The notes beneath the pieces were generated by a model. It was not told the DNA's origin and did not search any database. It saw only the letters and a program-made list of their open reading frames with translations. Below, piece after piece: positions 51,593-63,161 of a stretch of DNA of 64,000 bases. Each line of letters begins with the position of its first letter. Positions within the stretch are counted from its first letter, which is position 1. The DNA comes from Callorhinchus milii (lineage: Eukaryota). The stretch spans positions 56,856,001 through 56,920,000 of the forward strand of contig NW_024704742.1 of assembly GCF_018977255.1 (NCBI RefSeq), given 5' to 3'. Made by a program: the position numbers and the translations under genes.

Positions 51593-54262
51593 TATATATA
51601 AGTATAAATATAGCTTATGGGGATATGCAAACAACACCAAATGATCATCGGAAAAGAATGAGGAAGTCATGCAAAAACATTCTGGAATTCCATATTTTAG
51701 GGGAATGGCATTTTTGCATCTGCTGCGTTACGCCCATAAAACATACAGTCTGTAAACTTTGCAGTATATTCTGTGAAGCGCTTTGAGATGTCTTGAAGAC
51801 TTGATAAGGCGCTACATCAAACGCAAGTATTATTATTATTATTTTTCCTTTGTTTTATGTAACAAAAAAACACGTGGAAAATATCTGGGTAAAGTAACAG
51901 TTATTTATTAAATTAAATAAAATAATGGCAATCTACCTTTTGTTTCATGATAGTATTTAAAAAAGGCAATCTCTCTATTTATATAATAAAAAAGGTATCT
52001 TTTTATACACACAATATGCACACAATGGTTGGATTCCTACCATCTTTGTGCTACAGTGTGTCCTTCTTTTTCCTACATACCTATACTTCTTTGTGATGGT
52101 CCTAGATTCTGACTACCCACATATGGGTGTTTGGTGTGTGTGTGGTGGAGGTGGTGGTGGAAGGGGTAGATGCAGTTGTCCCACTAGATCTATAAACTGT
52201 GCAGGAAACATGGTAAATTTATGCTATCTGACGGTCCGATGTTCCCTCCTATGTAGACACAAAAATTAATTGATGCAGAGCAGTAGCCTGACCTCGCATT
52301 TTGCCTCATAAGGTCCTATGTGTCCATGACGACCTTGTCGCATGGTGGAAGGGGGCTGTGAGATTGAATGGGCCACATTCCAGCTACCTCATATGGTTCT
52401 GCAGTTGACACGTCACCTGAGCTACCTCAAGTTCTTCCAATGACTGAATGATGAACAACAACAACATGGACAGATGAGTGGGCTGATCAGCCAGGTACTC
52501 CAGTTCTGGGGTGGAGAACCTAATCCTGGTATTTCACTCAACAGGTCGATGGACATAAGTATCTGACACATCTAATAGGAGCTACTTGCCTCTTGGTCAC
52601 TCAAATCACTGTCTTGCTCCTGCTCAACCAGTAGAGAGACCGGTAGTACTAGGTCCATTGAGGACTAGGAGGCTGTAGTGTTTTTCCTTTGACATGCACT
52701 TTTTGCCAATTTCAATCCTCACCTCTCTAATACTCTGTGTACTGTCAGGTGCTCTACCCTTTGCTACCCGCCAGTAACTTTATCTGAGTGCTCTTCTGTG
52801 TGTCATTTTGCAGGACTTGATGGTGGTATTTTCTGGGTTTGAAGTGCTGATGAGGAAGATGATGAGGGAGGAGGTCTGAGGGGGGCAGGTTAATGGACAT
52901 CGTCTCAGAGAGCCAAATTCCTTTAAGTGGTGGATGGGTTGGTTGGTGGATAGATCTTCCCTTTGCCAGCATCTCTCCTGGTTGATGGCTTGGCAAATAT
53001 GATGATAAATGTAGACTCGACTCCACTTTTTTTCCCAAGCTGCCTTCCTCGTCCCCTCCTCCTCAGTGCTGCTGCAGACCCTATGGCTGGGAAGAGGTTA
53101 CTAAAGAAAGAACAATTTGTAATGACAACCATCTCACACCATGAGGCAAAGCTTCAAGCACAATGCATATGAGTGTCTTTTGTATTTATCGGTGAACAAA
53201 CTATTGTTACCCGCACCAGACTAAGACACCCTAGGGATTCCTAAGTCTCCTCCTCATGGATCAGGTGACAAAGTATTTCCTCAGCCTTGGTGAGCTGCCT
53301 CTCCTCAAAGGGACTACAGCTGGTTGCATTGTCACTTATCTTCCCTGAATGAATAAGTAGAGTCAATGTACGCACTTCCTCCCATCCTTGTGCTCAATGC
53401 TCTTTCAGCTAAAGGCACGCACCCATTCCATTTGAAAATAGGCCTTTTGTATTTGCCATTAATATATATTAATAATTAATTAATAATAGGTGTCCCATGT
53501 TAGCAAAAGCACATGATGTAGGTATGAAATAAAGGACTGCTGTACAATCTTTTTCAAATCACAATCCTTCTGGTCTTTTGAGATTTCTGTTCAGAATCAG
53601 AGACTATCATTTACATATCATAATTGATCAGTGTTAATATTCCCATGTAAAAAAGATGCACTCTTTTACTTAAAAACCCTTTAGTTACTTCAGCATAAAT
53701 GCACCAAAATTTAGACCCTTACATTTTTAAAAACACCGCTTTTCAATCAAAAATTACTTTTGCAGATTTATTAAATATTGGCTAACCAAACTGTAGAAAA
53801 TGCATGGTGAGAAAGGAAATAGCACAATAAAAAAGATGTTATGCGCAGAAAATCTGACAGCTTTCAGGAAGAAAGAATTGAGGGAGGGAAAGAGATGGGG
53901 ATGGTGGGGCGGGGGAGGAGTCCTGGTACAGGAATATGTTTGCATGAGAGACAGTAGTCAATACTGTAAAAAAGACAAGGTGGATCACAACAAAGTGATC
54001 TTGCGATCCACCTTAACTTTAAGAGAACTTGAAGAACTTGAAGAAAACTACAAAAGGTAAAGTTGACCTGCTTTGTGTTCTCCTGTGCTATCTCACTTTA
54101 TAAGACTATGAGACAACAACAACAAGATTACATTTGTATAGCGCCTTTCACGTCGGGAGGATGTCCCAAGGTGCTGGACAGAGTACAGCATTTCAGACCC
54201 TTAAAACAAGCTTTAAGATGAGGAAACTAACCACTTGCTGAGGGATCTACATTCCAACGTGA

Positions 54263-54411
54263 TATACTTGGAAAGTACATACAGGACCCTCCTATCCACA
54301 TCGGTAATGATCTGAACATGTATGCAGTTATACCCCTTGCTCTGTTGAAAGCTGCAGGAGTTCCATCCAGATTGAGATGGCAACATGAAGGCCATCAATA
54401 GTACCTTGTAT
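54263..54411 (-). mobile_element. Harbinger/PIF transposase remnant (frameshifted)
   Basis: Reads IQGTIDGLHVAI, then after a frameshift KGYNCIHVQIITDVDRRVLYV. This matches the DDE_Tnp_4 pattern GxIDGTHV...KGxHSxNVQxxxD. Confidence 0.75.
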
Positions 54412-54759
54412 CTAAGGCACTTTAGAAATTTTTTTTGTAAACATCCAGTTAATTCCAGGCACTAGAAGCCTATTTCCAATTAGCTCTGACTTTAAGACAA
54501 TGACCATAACTATAATCCTACACCCATGTCTATTTGTATGTTGTATAAAACACATTAAATAAACGTTTCTCTCAAATACTTAATTTGTGCTTTAAACATT
54601 TTTCCCTACAATTTTGCTTACATATTTTTCCACTGCATGTTTTTCCAACCATTTTTACAAGCCTAGAAACTGCAATGTTTTAACACATGCATTGTTTAAC
54701 ACACAACAAAATATTCAGTAGTATTAATGGCTTGCATAAATTTACATTCCAAATCTTAC

Positions 54760-54897
54760 CCATAGCCAGTTCCTAGTTTTCCAGGATTGGTAATGAAATT
54801 TTTTTTCTCTGGAACAAATGGCGACTTTTTCTTCATTGCTGCAGAGAATGCCTTGACTGAGCCTCCGATTGTTCCATAATAACTACCCAATCCCGAT
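54760..54897 (-). CDS. CFAP96: CFAP96 coding exon 3
   Basis: SGLGSYYGTIGGSVKAFSAAMKKKSPFVPEKKNFITNPGKLGTGY(G), canonical splice sites. Confidence 0.95.
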
Positions 54898-55665
54898 CTA
54901 ATAAAAACAAGATGTAAATATTTTACATACATTAGTATAACATACATTTTCACAAAAAGTTAACTTCCAAGTAAACATAAATATTAATTTAATTTATCCT
55001 TGAACAGTAAAGTACCGTCTTCAGTAGCAGATATTACAATAGAACTTCAGTAAATCTGTAACTTCTCTTAAAGAAAATGCTGTAATTAATGCCAAAAAAA
55101 TAGATTATATCATAACATAAGATAGCCTGTAGCAGACCAGTGAGGTTAAGTGGATCATCCTTAAACAGAGGGTGATAAGAATGTAAAACTGTTTAAAGCA
55201 GAAAACATCAAAAAACATCAAAAAGATAAAAGCATCCTTCACCTCTTGAATGTGAATTTTAATCTAACCTGGATGGATGATGTCTCCTCTCTGGCAGGCG
55301 TAAGGGTACTTAGGCAATATATGATAACTCACCAACCTGGACGATCCTTTTCGAATATTGTACTATTCATAATTTATTCATTTATGACATGCCTACATAT
55401 ATACACACACACACATACATACATAGTACTCCATTGTTAGAATCTTTTTGAAGGATGAATTGTGTGCTCATTGAGATGAAGGACTTTTGGGGACAGATTA
55501 CAGGCAGTTTTACTGTACATTTAACTGCACGACACCTGATCATGCAATGCTTGATTCTGCTTTAAAGTATTTTATTTTGTTAAAACCTCATAAAATTCAC
55601 ACAAAAGGCCACAGTGCTTAAAAAAAAATGCACATGGTATATAAAACTGATATTTTAAAACTTAC

Positions 55666-55885
55666 GGCTTTTTGTCACCATTACTGGGAAGGAAGATTTT
55701 GCCTATATTGCCTGAGGCCTGCTTCATTTTAAATTGTCTTCTTAACTTAATGGGATCAGTGTATCCTTCCTTTTCAAAGATCCGAATGAAAACAGGATCA
55801 AAGTATCCTACTTGAAGGGCCGATTTCTCTTTCGAGCCTCCTGGCAGCATCTGTTTACCTTTATATGCTGCTTCATTGAAAGGCC
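55666..55885 (-). CDS. CFAP96: CFAP96 coding exon 2
   Basis: (R)PFNEAAYKGKQMLPGGSKEKSALQVGYFDPVFIRIFEKEGYTDPIKLRRQFKMKQASGNIGKIFLPSNGDKK(P), with ag/gtaag boundaries in phase. Confidence 0.95.
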
Positions 55886-56460
55886 CTTAAAAGTGGGGGA
55901 ATATACAAAGTTTATTCTGTCAGTCACCTATCCATGAAAGAAAACACTGTGATAGACGGTAAAATGCAAAATATACAGGCAGTTCTACTTATACATATTC
56001 AATTTTAACACCGATCTGAAGGTCTTAAACTGAACTTTATGCATATGGATACAGTGCGGATTTGAAACTGTTAATTGTACAGAATCACAACTTAGGCATA
56101 CTTTTAAGCATGATACCTGTGCTAGTTTTGATAGCTTCTGACATTCTGAAAATTTACAATTATAATTATGTTTGAATAATGGTTAAAAAAAATACTTCTC
56201 TGCAAACATCTAGATTATATGAACAAGTTATAGCATTTAAATAATTGTCATCTTGCAAATTCCATGTTTTTAAATATGGTTTGTTTAAAAAAATACAATG
56301 CAAATACTTTATTTAGAGTTTTTTCATATGCTGACTACAATTAACTAAATAGAGAAATGGACTATGTTCTTTAGTATCACCTTAAAAGCAAACACACTTA
56401 CTTGGGCAGTGCCTTGGAAAGGCACTATATAAATGCAATTTATTGCTGTAGTTGTTGTTG

Positions 56461-56755
56461 TCAATCTGTCCACTCCCTCTGCTCAGCAGGCTTCCACCAT
56501 CGGAGGTCAGGCCTTCAGACTCTCCTCCCCACCCTCTGGAACTCCATCCCACGTTCCCTTTGCCTCGTTCCCACCCTTGCTTCCTTCAAGGCATGCCTCA
56601 AGACCCTCCTCTTCGACTGTGCCTTCAGCCACCTTCTACCCTCTCTGCCCTCCACCCTCCCTGATCCCAACCCCTGCCCCCCTGCTCGGGTCCTAATCCA
56701 TCAGCAACTTGGGGCATCTTTCCGACGTGCAAGGCGCTTTATAAATGTAATTTTG
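56461..56755 (+). mobile_element. L2 LINE 3' end
   Basis: LWNSIPRSL..FKACLKTLLFDCAF, then ccgacgtgcaaggcgctttataaatgtaa tail. Confidence 0.88.
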
Positions 56756-57618
56756 TATTCTATTGTACTTCCAGGCCTATCTATGACTGGGATATCCTCC
56801 CAACATGAAAGGTGCTATATAAATGCAATTTGTTGTTGTTTATTCTTTTATTTATACATTAACCGACAGTGGGAGGAGATGGGAAGTAAGCAGGGTCTCT
56901 TGGAACTAAGTGACTCAAAGGCAAAGTGCTGAGCAACAGAATTTTGGAATCGAATCAACCCTCAGTGATGCTTGTCGTGGTCAAGTTCCTGAGCCAGGTG
57001 GGTCCACAGTATTACAGAACAAATATTAATGACAGACCGGCCAACTGGCTTGTCGGCAGGACATGGAGGGGCAGATCAAACATTGGTGCAAGGACTCTTA
57101 CAACTTGGCTCCTGTTAACCCTGCAAGCAAACGCCCTAGTAGTTGGGTGGTCCTAGCTGGACAAGCAGCAGAAATTGTGCCAGAAAGTGCTCTCAATGGT
57201 AAGCAATGCAGTTTTAGCTAATTAAAGTCTGCAGTACCCCCCCAAACAGTCCTGCAGTCCTCAAGCCTTCACTCTCACCAACTTGCATATAATATTGTCC
57301 AGAATTAGGTATGCAGAGTGCTCATTCTATTACAGACAAATGGAAATTTCCTTGTGTTGGTGGCATTCATATATGAAACTCTCAGTCTGACTTGGATACA
57401 CTTAAGCATGTTGATGGGTTTGTTTATGTGAATGAAATAAAAATGTAACAGTCTTATGGTCAGATTCTTTAGATAATACTGCATACAATTATAATAAATT
57501 TATCGTTAAAAAAAGACTGCATAGAACACAAATGAAACAATAATGAAAAATGTCTTCTAAACTTTAATTTTCATCCAATATAATTTACACAAACTGTTAA
57601 TAAAAAAAATTAACTTAC

Positions 57619-57715
57619 TGTCCTGTTGGTCTAAATAGTTATCTTTGACAGTGACATAACTCATTTCCTGGAAGAGGCCGACCCTCTCCATATCAGTTTT
57701 TCCTTCCGTAGTCAT
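57619..57715 (-). CDS. CFAP96: CFAP96 (C4orf47) first coding exon
   Basis: aaaatcATG start. MTTEGKTDMERVGLFQEMSYVTVKDNYLDQQD matches the C4orf47 N-terminus (GKTDMERIGLFSEM). A|gtaagt donor. The exon's acceptor lies upstream at about 57829 or 57818. Confidence 0.94.
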
Positions 57716-57949
57716 GATTTTGTTAGCGTGGAGCTATCAGATTGTGACTCAAATACTTAAGTGAACTTAAAATGCAGTCAATCGATTAAATCCAGATGAA
57801 CACTGCTTGCTATACGACCTGCAAATGTCCTAAAAAAAATTATCAATTAAAACAAAAAAATTTTTCTTTAGAATTGCAATATTCACAATACGTAAGCACT
57901 TTACACTTGTGACTAATATAGTTACTGGTGTATAACTGTGTTAGTCATT

Positions 57950-58410
57950 CGCATACTTACCCGCACCAAGCTCCTTACCCAAATCTCACTACTTCTGGCC
58001 AGCCTCCACTGGCTCCCCGTCACCAAATGGATCAACTTCAAGATCCTCACACTCGTGTTCAAATCCATTCACTCCCTGGCACCTCCCTACCTCTCTGACC
58101 TCCTCACTCCCCAATCCACCACCCGGTGCCTCGTTTTGACTGGCACCAGCCTCCTGCTTGTCCCTCGCACCCTCGCCCCACCATCGGAGATCACGCTTTC
58201 AGCCACTACCCTCCAAAACTCTGGAACACTCCCTAAATCTCTTTGCCTTGATTCCTCTCTCCTCTTTTTCAAGTCCCACCTGAAAACCTGCCTCTTTGAC
58301 CGTGCTTACGGCCACCTCCTCCCCCCACACCCCGCAGGCTCGGAGTCAGGCTCCGCCACTGTTAAGCAACCTGAGACACTACTTGCTATATAAGTGCAAG
58401 TTGTTGTTGT
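57950..58410 (+). mobile_element. L2 LINE 3' fragment with TSD
   Basis: LASLHWLPVTKWINFKILTLVFKSIHSLAPPYLSDLL, (TTG)n tail, flanked by tgttagtca on both sides. Confidence 0.92.
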
Positions 58411-59829
58411 TAGTCACAATACTCTTGTCTAAAATATTATCTATTCGGACTTTACAGGTCATTTGGTATGAAAGTCGTATAAGGTTTTAAATGTAACATA
58501 ATTAAGCATTGATCGTGCAAGATATTTTTGTTCTTCATTAGAATCTCCTCTCTTCCCCAGAGGGCACAAAGTTTGATGGCAAGTGGAACTACGCACCTCC
58601 AAGAAAGTCCAGCAGCACCATTGAAGTCTGCTACTGTTTGTGGAATTCTGTTACCCTGGAGATGTGCAGTGTACATTGTCGCAGCAATGGGCTCGTGTGT
58701 TAGTCACAATACTCTCGTCAAAAATATTATCTTTTCACACTTTACAGGTATGTGATGTGAAAGTCTGATAAGATTTTTCTGATTGGTGAATTCTAAACGT
58801 AATTTTTCTTCAAGTTTCTTTTTTTTTCACCAAAAAAAAGCGAAGTTCTCCGCCCTCTTCTCTTTCTTATGCTGTGTTTTTCTTTGCGTTCGGGAGAAGA
58901 AGTGAATAACCTGTGGTATGCGTCTCAGTGATATCTGAGAGTTCTTGTCAGTTTCAACCTATTTCGGTTTTGAAGGGGCGTCAATCTGACGTGTAACTAA
59001 CATTTAATTACATTAATTCTATCACCCTGCTTCCCCCCCTCTGCCCTCCACCCTCCCCAATCCCGACCCCCAGCTCGGGTCCGGAACACTGACTGTCCAA
59101 GTCGAAGAGGTCAGACTGCTCTTCACTACCAATATATACCAGATTGTGGAGCACTTGCAGAGTTCCACTTTGCTTGAGAATCGTATGTGAAGGCAGCAAA
59201 ATACATCTACATATAAAGCAAGAAAAACAAAAACTCAAGTACAATCTACTGTTTACCCTTCTGCTATCCCAACTATTTAATCTTTTTTTTGTGTGTGTGT
59301 GTATGGGGGGGGGGTTCATCATAAACGCTCCTAGTCTCCAGGAGTAATTAAGCACAAATGCAGAACATTTATCCAATATTTCCACAACTGCACCCAGGAT
59401 TATTACTCCTTGGTTCAATGCATGAGGGAGGCTTTTACACAAACACACACACACACACACACACCATTAATCTCCTGGATACTTGAGTGAGCCACTGAAC
59501 GAGTGGCCCCCATCCTCAAGTCAATCTAGAACTGGGGATGAAATTATAAAGACGAAAAGTATTCGCTGGAGACGATGACCTTTGCACCCCACAAAACAAT
59601 CATAGTTAAAAGCACACGGCAATAAATACAAGAAGAAGAAGATTGCATTTGCGTAGCGCGCCTTTCACGGCGGGCAGAGCATTACAGAAATAGATGCAAA
59701 TATGCACTGATAAAATTGAGAGAAATCCCAACCCTGGCCTGCCCTTTACTGCAATAAAGTGCTTTGCCCCCTGTCAGCCTGTGAGTTTGTTTGGTTGGTT
59801 TAATTATTCAGTCCAACCCATGATGGCTG

Positions 59830-60200
59830 ATGTGGTTTGGCCAGAGGGGGCGCTATCATGAAGCGCTGGGGCCGCAGACAATCACAGGCAGTGAGGGAGG
59901 CGGCGCCCTCTCTGAGCCTGGGGGGGGGGGGGGGGAGGGGGGGCGTGGCCAGGCCTCACACGTCACCGCCCACCAAGTCAGACGCTGTCGCCATGGTGAC
60001 CATCAATCGTTTCCCTGGTGACGGCGGGCGCGTCACGTGACGCGCGGCGCGGCGCGGCTCACAGGCCCGAGAGCTCGCGAGAGCCGGACAAGGCCTGAGG
60101 GCGGGAGGGCGGCGCCAGGTCAGAGAGAGGCACAGACACACACACACACAGAGACAGAGAGAGAGCCCCGACCAGGGACTAGAGAGGCCGACATGGTGAG
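59830..60200. promoter_or_regulatory. CpG-rich bidirectional promoter shared by CFAP96 (-) and UFSP2 (+)
   Basis: Only strongly CpG-dense segment in the window. Contains a GC box (gggggcgtggc), X-boxes at 59987-60000 and 60009-60022, GTCACGTGAC at 60032-60041 and CTCGCGAGA at 60074-60082. A possible CFAP96 5'UTR exon donor (gtgagg on -) lies at 59954-59959. Confidence 0.85.
60193..60195 (+). CDS. UFSP2: UFSP2 exon 1 coding part (ATG only)
   Basis: Kozak gccgacATG immediately followed by the strong donor gtgagt. Phase 0 matches exon 2. Confidence 0.8.
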
Positions 60201-60818
60201 TCCCCACTCTGCTCTGTCACTGGGATGAGAGGTCGAGTAAAGCCGGAGGTGGAGGATACGGACTACAGCCGCTCCTCCTCCCTCAACTGCTGTGTCCACA
60301 CACACACACACACACAGCGCAGTCATCATCATCATCATCATAACAACAAGCCTTTTGCACTTGACATAGCGCCTTATCACATCTTCGATACATCTCACAT
60401 GTGCATTGTGATGTTCCTTTTGCCAAACATATTGCTTCTCACTGTGTGGGACAGTGAGAGGTGAATGTGAATCAAATGGACGCAGTTGTCGATCGCAGCT
60501 GAAATGTCGCCAGATTCAGGTGCACACGTTTGGCCGCTACATTTGCCCACGAATACACAGTCACTAAACTTCAGGGTATAATTCTGTGAGGTGCTGTGAG
60601 ACATTTTGACGCCGCAATAAGATTCTATATCAAACGCCAGAAATATAAAATGGGGGAGGTATTAAGTGAGGAGCCTCGGGGGTCTCTACTGCGAACCCTC
60701 CCGCTCCTTGCATACATTCAATCATCTGCATTGGCACTCAGTGAAAGGAGGTAAATTTGCAGTCGGAAGGAACTGTGGAATTAGAAAGGGAAACAAAGTC
60801 TTACAAAGAGTGCCAGAT

Positions 60819-61142
60819 ATAATAATAATAATAATAATCCTTGCATTTGATATAGCGCGTTTCACGTCGGAAGGACGTCCCAAAGCGCTTCACAGAACAC
60901 ACTGTAAAGTGAATTGACTGTAAATTTGTGGGCGAACGCGGCAGCCAATTGCGCACAGCAATGTCCCACAAACAGTCATGGATTGAAAATGACCAATTTA
61001 TTATTGTTTTTGGTTTTGGAGGGATTATTATTAGGCTTTGTGTGGAGTAAGGAAACTTGCCCAAGGTTTCGCCCTCTGCCTGGAATTGAACTCAGGTCTC
61101 ACTTGCAAAGCGAGTGCTCTAACCACTGAGCTACAGGACTCC
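60819..61142 (-). mobile_element. Full-length young tRNA-derived SINE in UFSP2 intron 1
   Basis: Reverse-complement near-identical to the 25552 copy. Confidence 0.95.
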
Positions 61143-61986
61143 ACAAAGTCCTGGTCCTGATAAGGTACAAGTAGGAGTTCTTCAGCATTGAAAAGCAATG
61201 ACTCAGTGGGTACCTTATTCCAGCGCCTTGGGACGTCCTCCTGACGTGAAAGGCGCTATGCAAATGTAATTTTGTTGTTGTTGTTGTTGTTATAGAGGTT
61301 TAAAAGATTTTAATTGGGATTGGAAAAATAAACCCTGAAAGAATTATCACATCTTTGAGACATCTCAAAGCGCTTCACGGATTATTCTGTAAAGTGAATC
61401 GATCGATGTGCAATGATTATCTACACATGTATAATGCCCCATACACACACACAGAGCAGCAATTAAATGTTGCGGAGTGATAGCTCCTCCCCCCCCCCCC
61501 CCACCCCAGGCCCCAGCCAGTGCCTTCAGCAAACCCAAAGCGTACGTGTTGCTTTCAGATACGACAAGGCAGTAATAGTAAGCAGGAGAGGACAAGTTAC
61601 TTTTGACTCAGAACCAGCAAAAATGCCTTTTGGTAAACAAAAGTACTTATGAATGTTGAGTTATTGAGAGGATAGAGAGAACTTTGGGTTGTATCTGATC
61701 TATGCTACACTTGACCAAAGAAGAGTTGCTGCTGAGGTTGCACCCCAAAACTGAAAGTGTACCACCTCTGTGTGCTAGCCTGGCTCAGTTGGTAGCACTC
61801 GTTCTTGAATCAAAAGGTTGTAAGTTCATGCCACATGTCAATACGTAGAACTTGTACAGTGTGAGATGATTAAGATGAACTATAAGTCTAAGTCAAACAT
61901 AGACGATATAAATCAGAGTGGGGCTGGGAGAGCGCTGCATTGTTGAAGGTCTTCTCTGCCTGTTCAGGTGGATAATAAAGATATCA

Positions 61987-62334
61987 TAGGTTGGGATCGG
62001 GATTGCAGTGCTTCCGATCTAAGGAGTTTGATCTGCTCTCACAAAGAGCAAGCAGAGAATACTTGAACTCGGAGCTACCTTGAGGACTTGGTCACTAGGC
62101 ACAGGCTGGGCTTGCCCTGTCAGAGAGGCGATCCGGTTACCTGACTTGCTCAGCTGATCGTGAAGACATGGTTCAGGTCCGCATTATCCTTTGACAATTT
62201 GGGGCTTAGAAGAGTTTGTGGGATTAGGGCTTGTCTGTGGGGACACAAACCTCACTCCCAAAGTGGAACGTTTTGGTCTAATTTGGTTAATGGGGAGTGA
62301 GCAGGTCGAACCTTGCTCACCAATAATTTAAAAA
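61987..62334 (+). mobile_element. Unclassified retroposed insert nested in a Deu-type SINE
   Basis: Flanked by the 10-bp direct repeat aaagatatca (61977-61986 and 62335-62344) and ending in a hairpin plus A-tract. Removing it restores the SINE core caggtggat..aaagat..gcac..ttgaaaag. Confidence 0.7.
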
Positions 62335-63073
62335 AAAGATATCAGCACAAATTGAAAAGAAGTATCCTGTTCAACAATCCCTCCAGATAAATATATTTGG
62401 TCCTCCTCTGTTCCAGTGAAAACATCTGTCACACAATTAGCTTTTATTCTTTAATCTTATTTCAGTGAATCTATGCTGTTTCCAATCCTGTACTTTTTTT
62501 TAATATATTGAATACCAAAAATGGATGCACTAATTTAGCTGTTACCTAATTAATATCTTGTCTACTTGGTTCCTATATTTTGTTTAATGTTATTTGATAT
62601 TATGTGATACTTATGTTAGGCTGACATGATTAGTCTAACTAATTAACACTATTAATCAGTGTTGCTTTCAAAGGATTCTTTTCATGACCAAGTATTTAGT
62701 CAAAATATTCTTGTATGTAGAAGGAAAGAAACTAGAGTCAGAATGCTTCATTGCATCTTGATGTTGCTTGCCAATGATGTGATTATGTGTTTAATTATGA
62801 TTGAAACAGTTGAATTACATGTTTGTGGACTTCATTAAACAGCAGTTTAATTGATGGATTATAGTTCTATAACTTCATGCAAAAGTATGTCCTGAGATCC
62901 TTTCAAGCTCTTGGCACTTAAATTTATTATTGCATTAAGTAGAGATGTGAAGTCTTAAATTGGTGATCCTCTGTGTACAGTTGCTGAAGTTCACACTGTT
63001 TTTGAATTGTTTCCTTTTTTTTGCTGGTTGGTAATTGTAATTGTAAACACATTTTCCAAAAAAATTATTTCAG

Positions 63074-63161
63074 GCATCCTTCACATCCATTGAAAACCAA
63101 GAATTAATATTTCGACTAAAAGGTGGATTTTATTTGTCAGGTCTTCTCAGAAAATTGGATG
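63074..63161 (+). CDS. UFSP2: UFSP2 exon 2 (gene continues beyond the window)
   Basis: tttcag acceptor and G|gtaagt donor. ASFTSIENQELIFRLKGGFYLSGLLRKLD resembles the UFSP2 N-terminus (ESMDILFRIRGGLDL). Synteny head-to-head with C4orf47 agrees. Confidence 0.85.

Noticed and set aside
59830..60464. Several short GC-rich ORFs on both strands
   Set aside because: By-products of the CpG-rich promoter and CA/CAT microsatellites.
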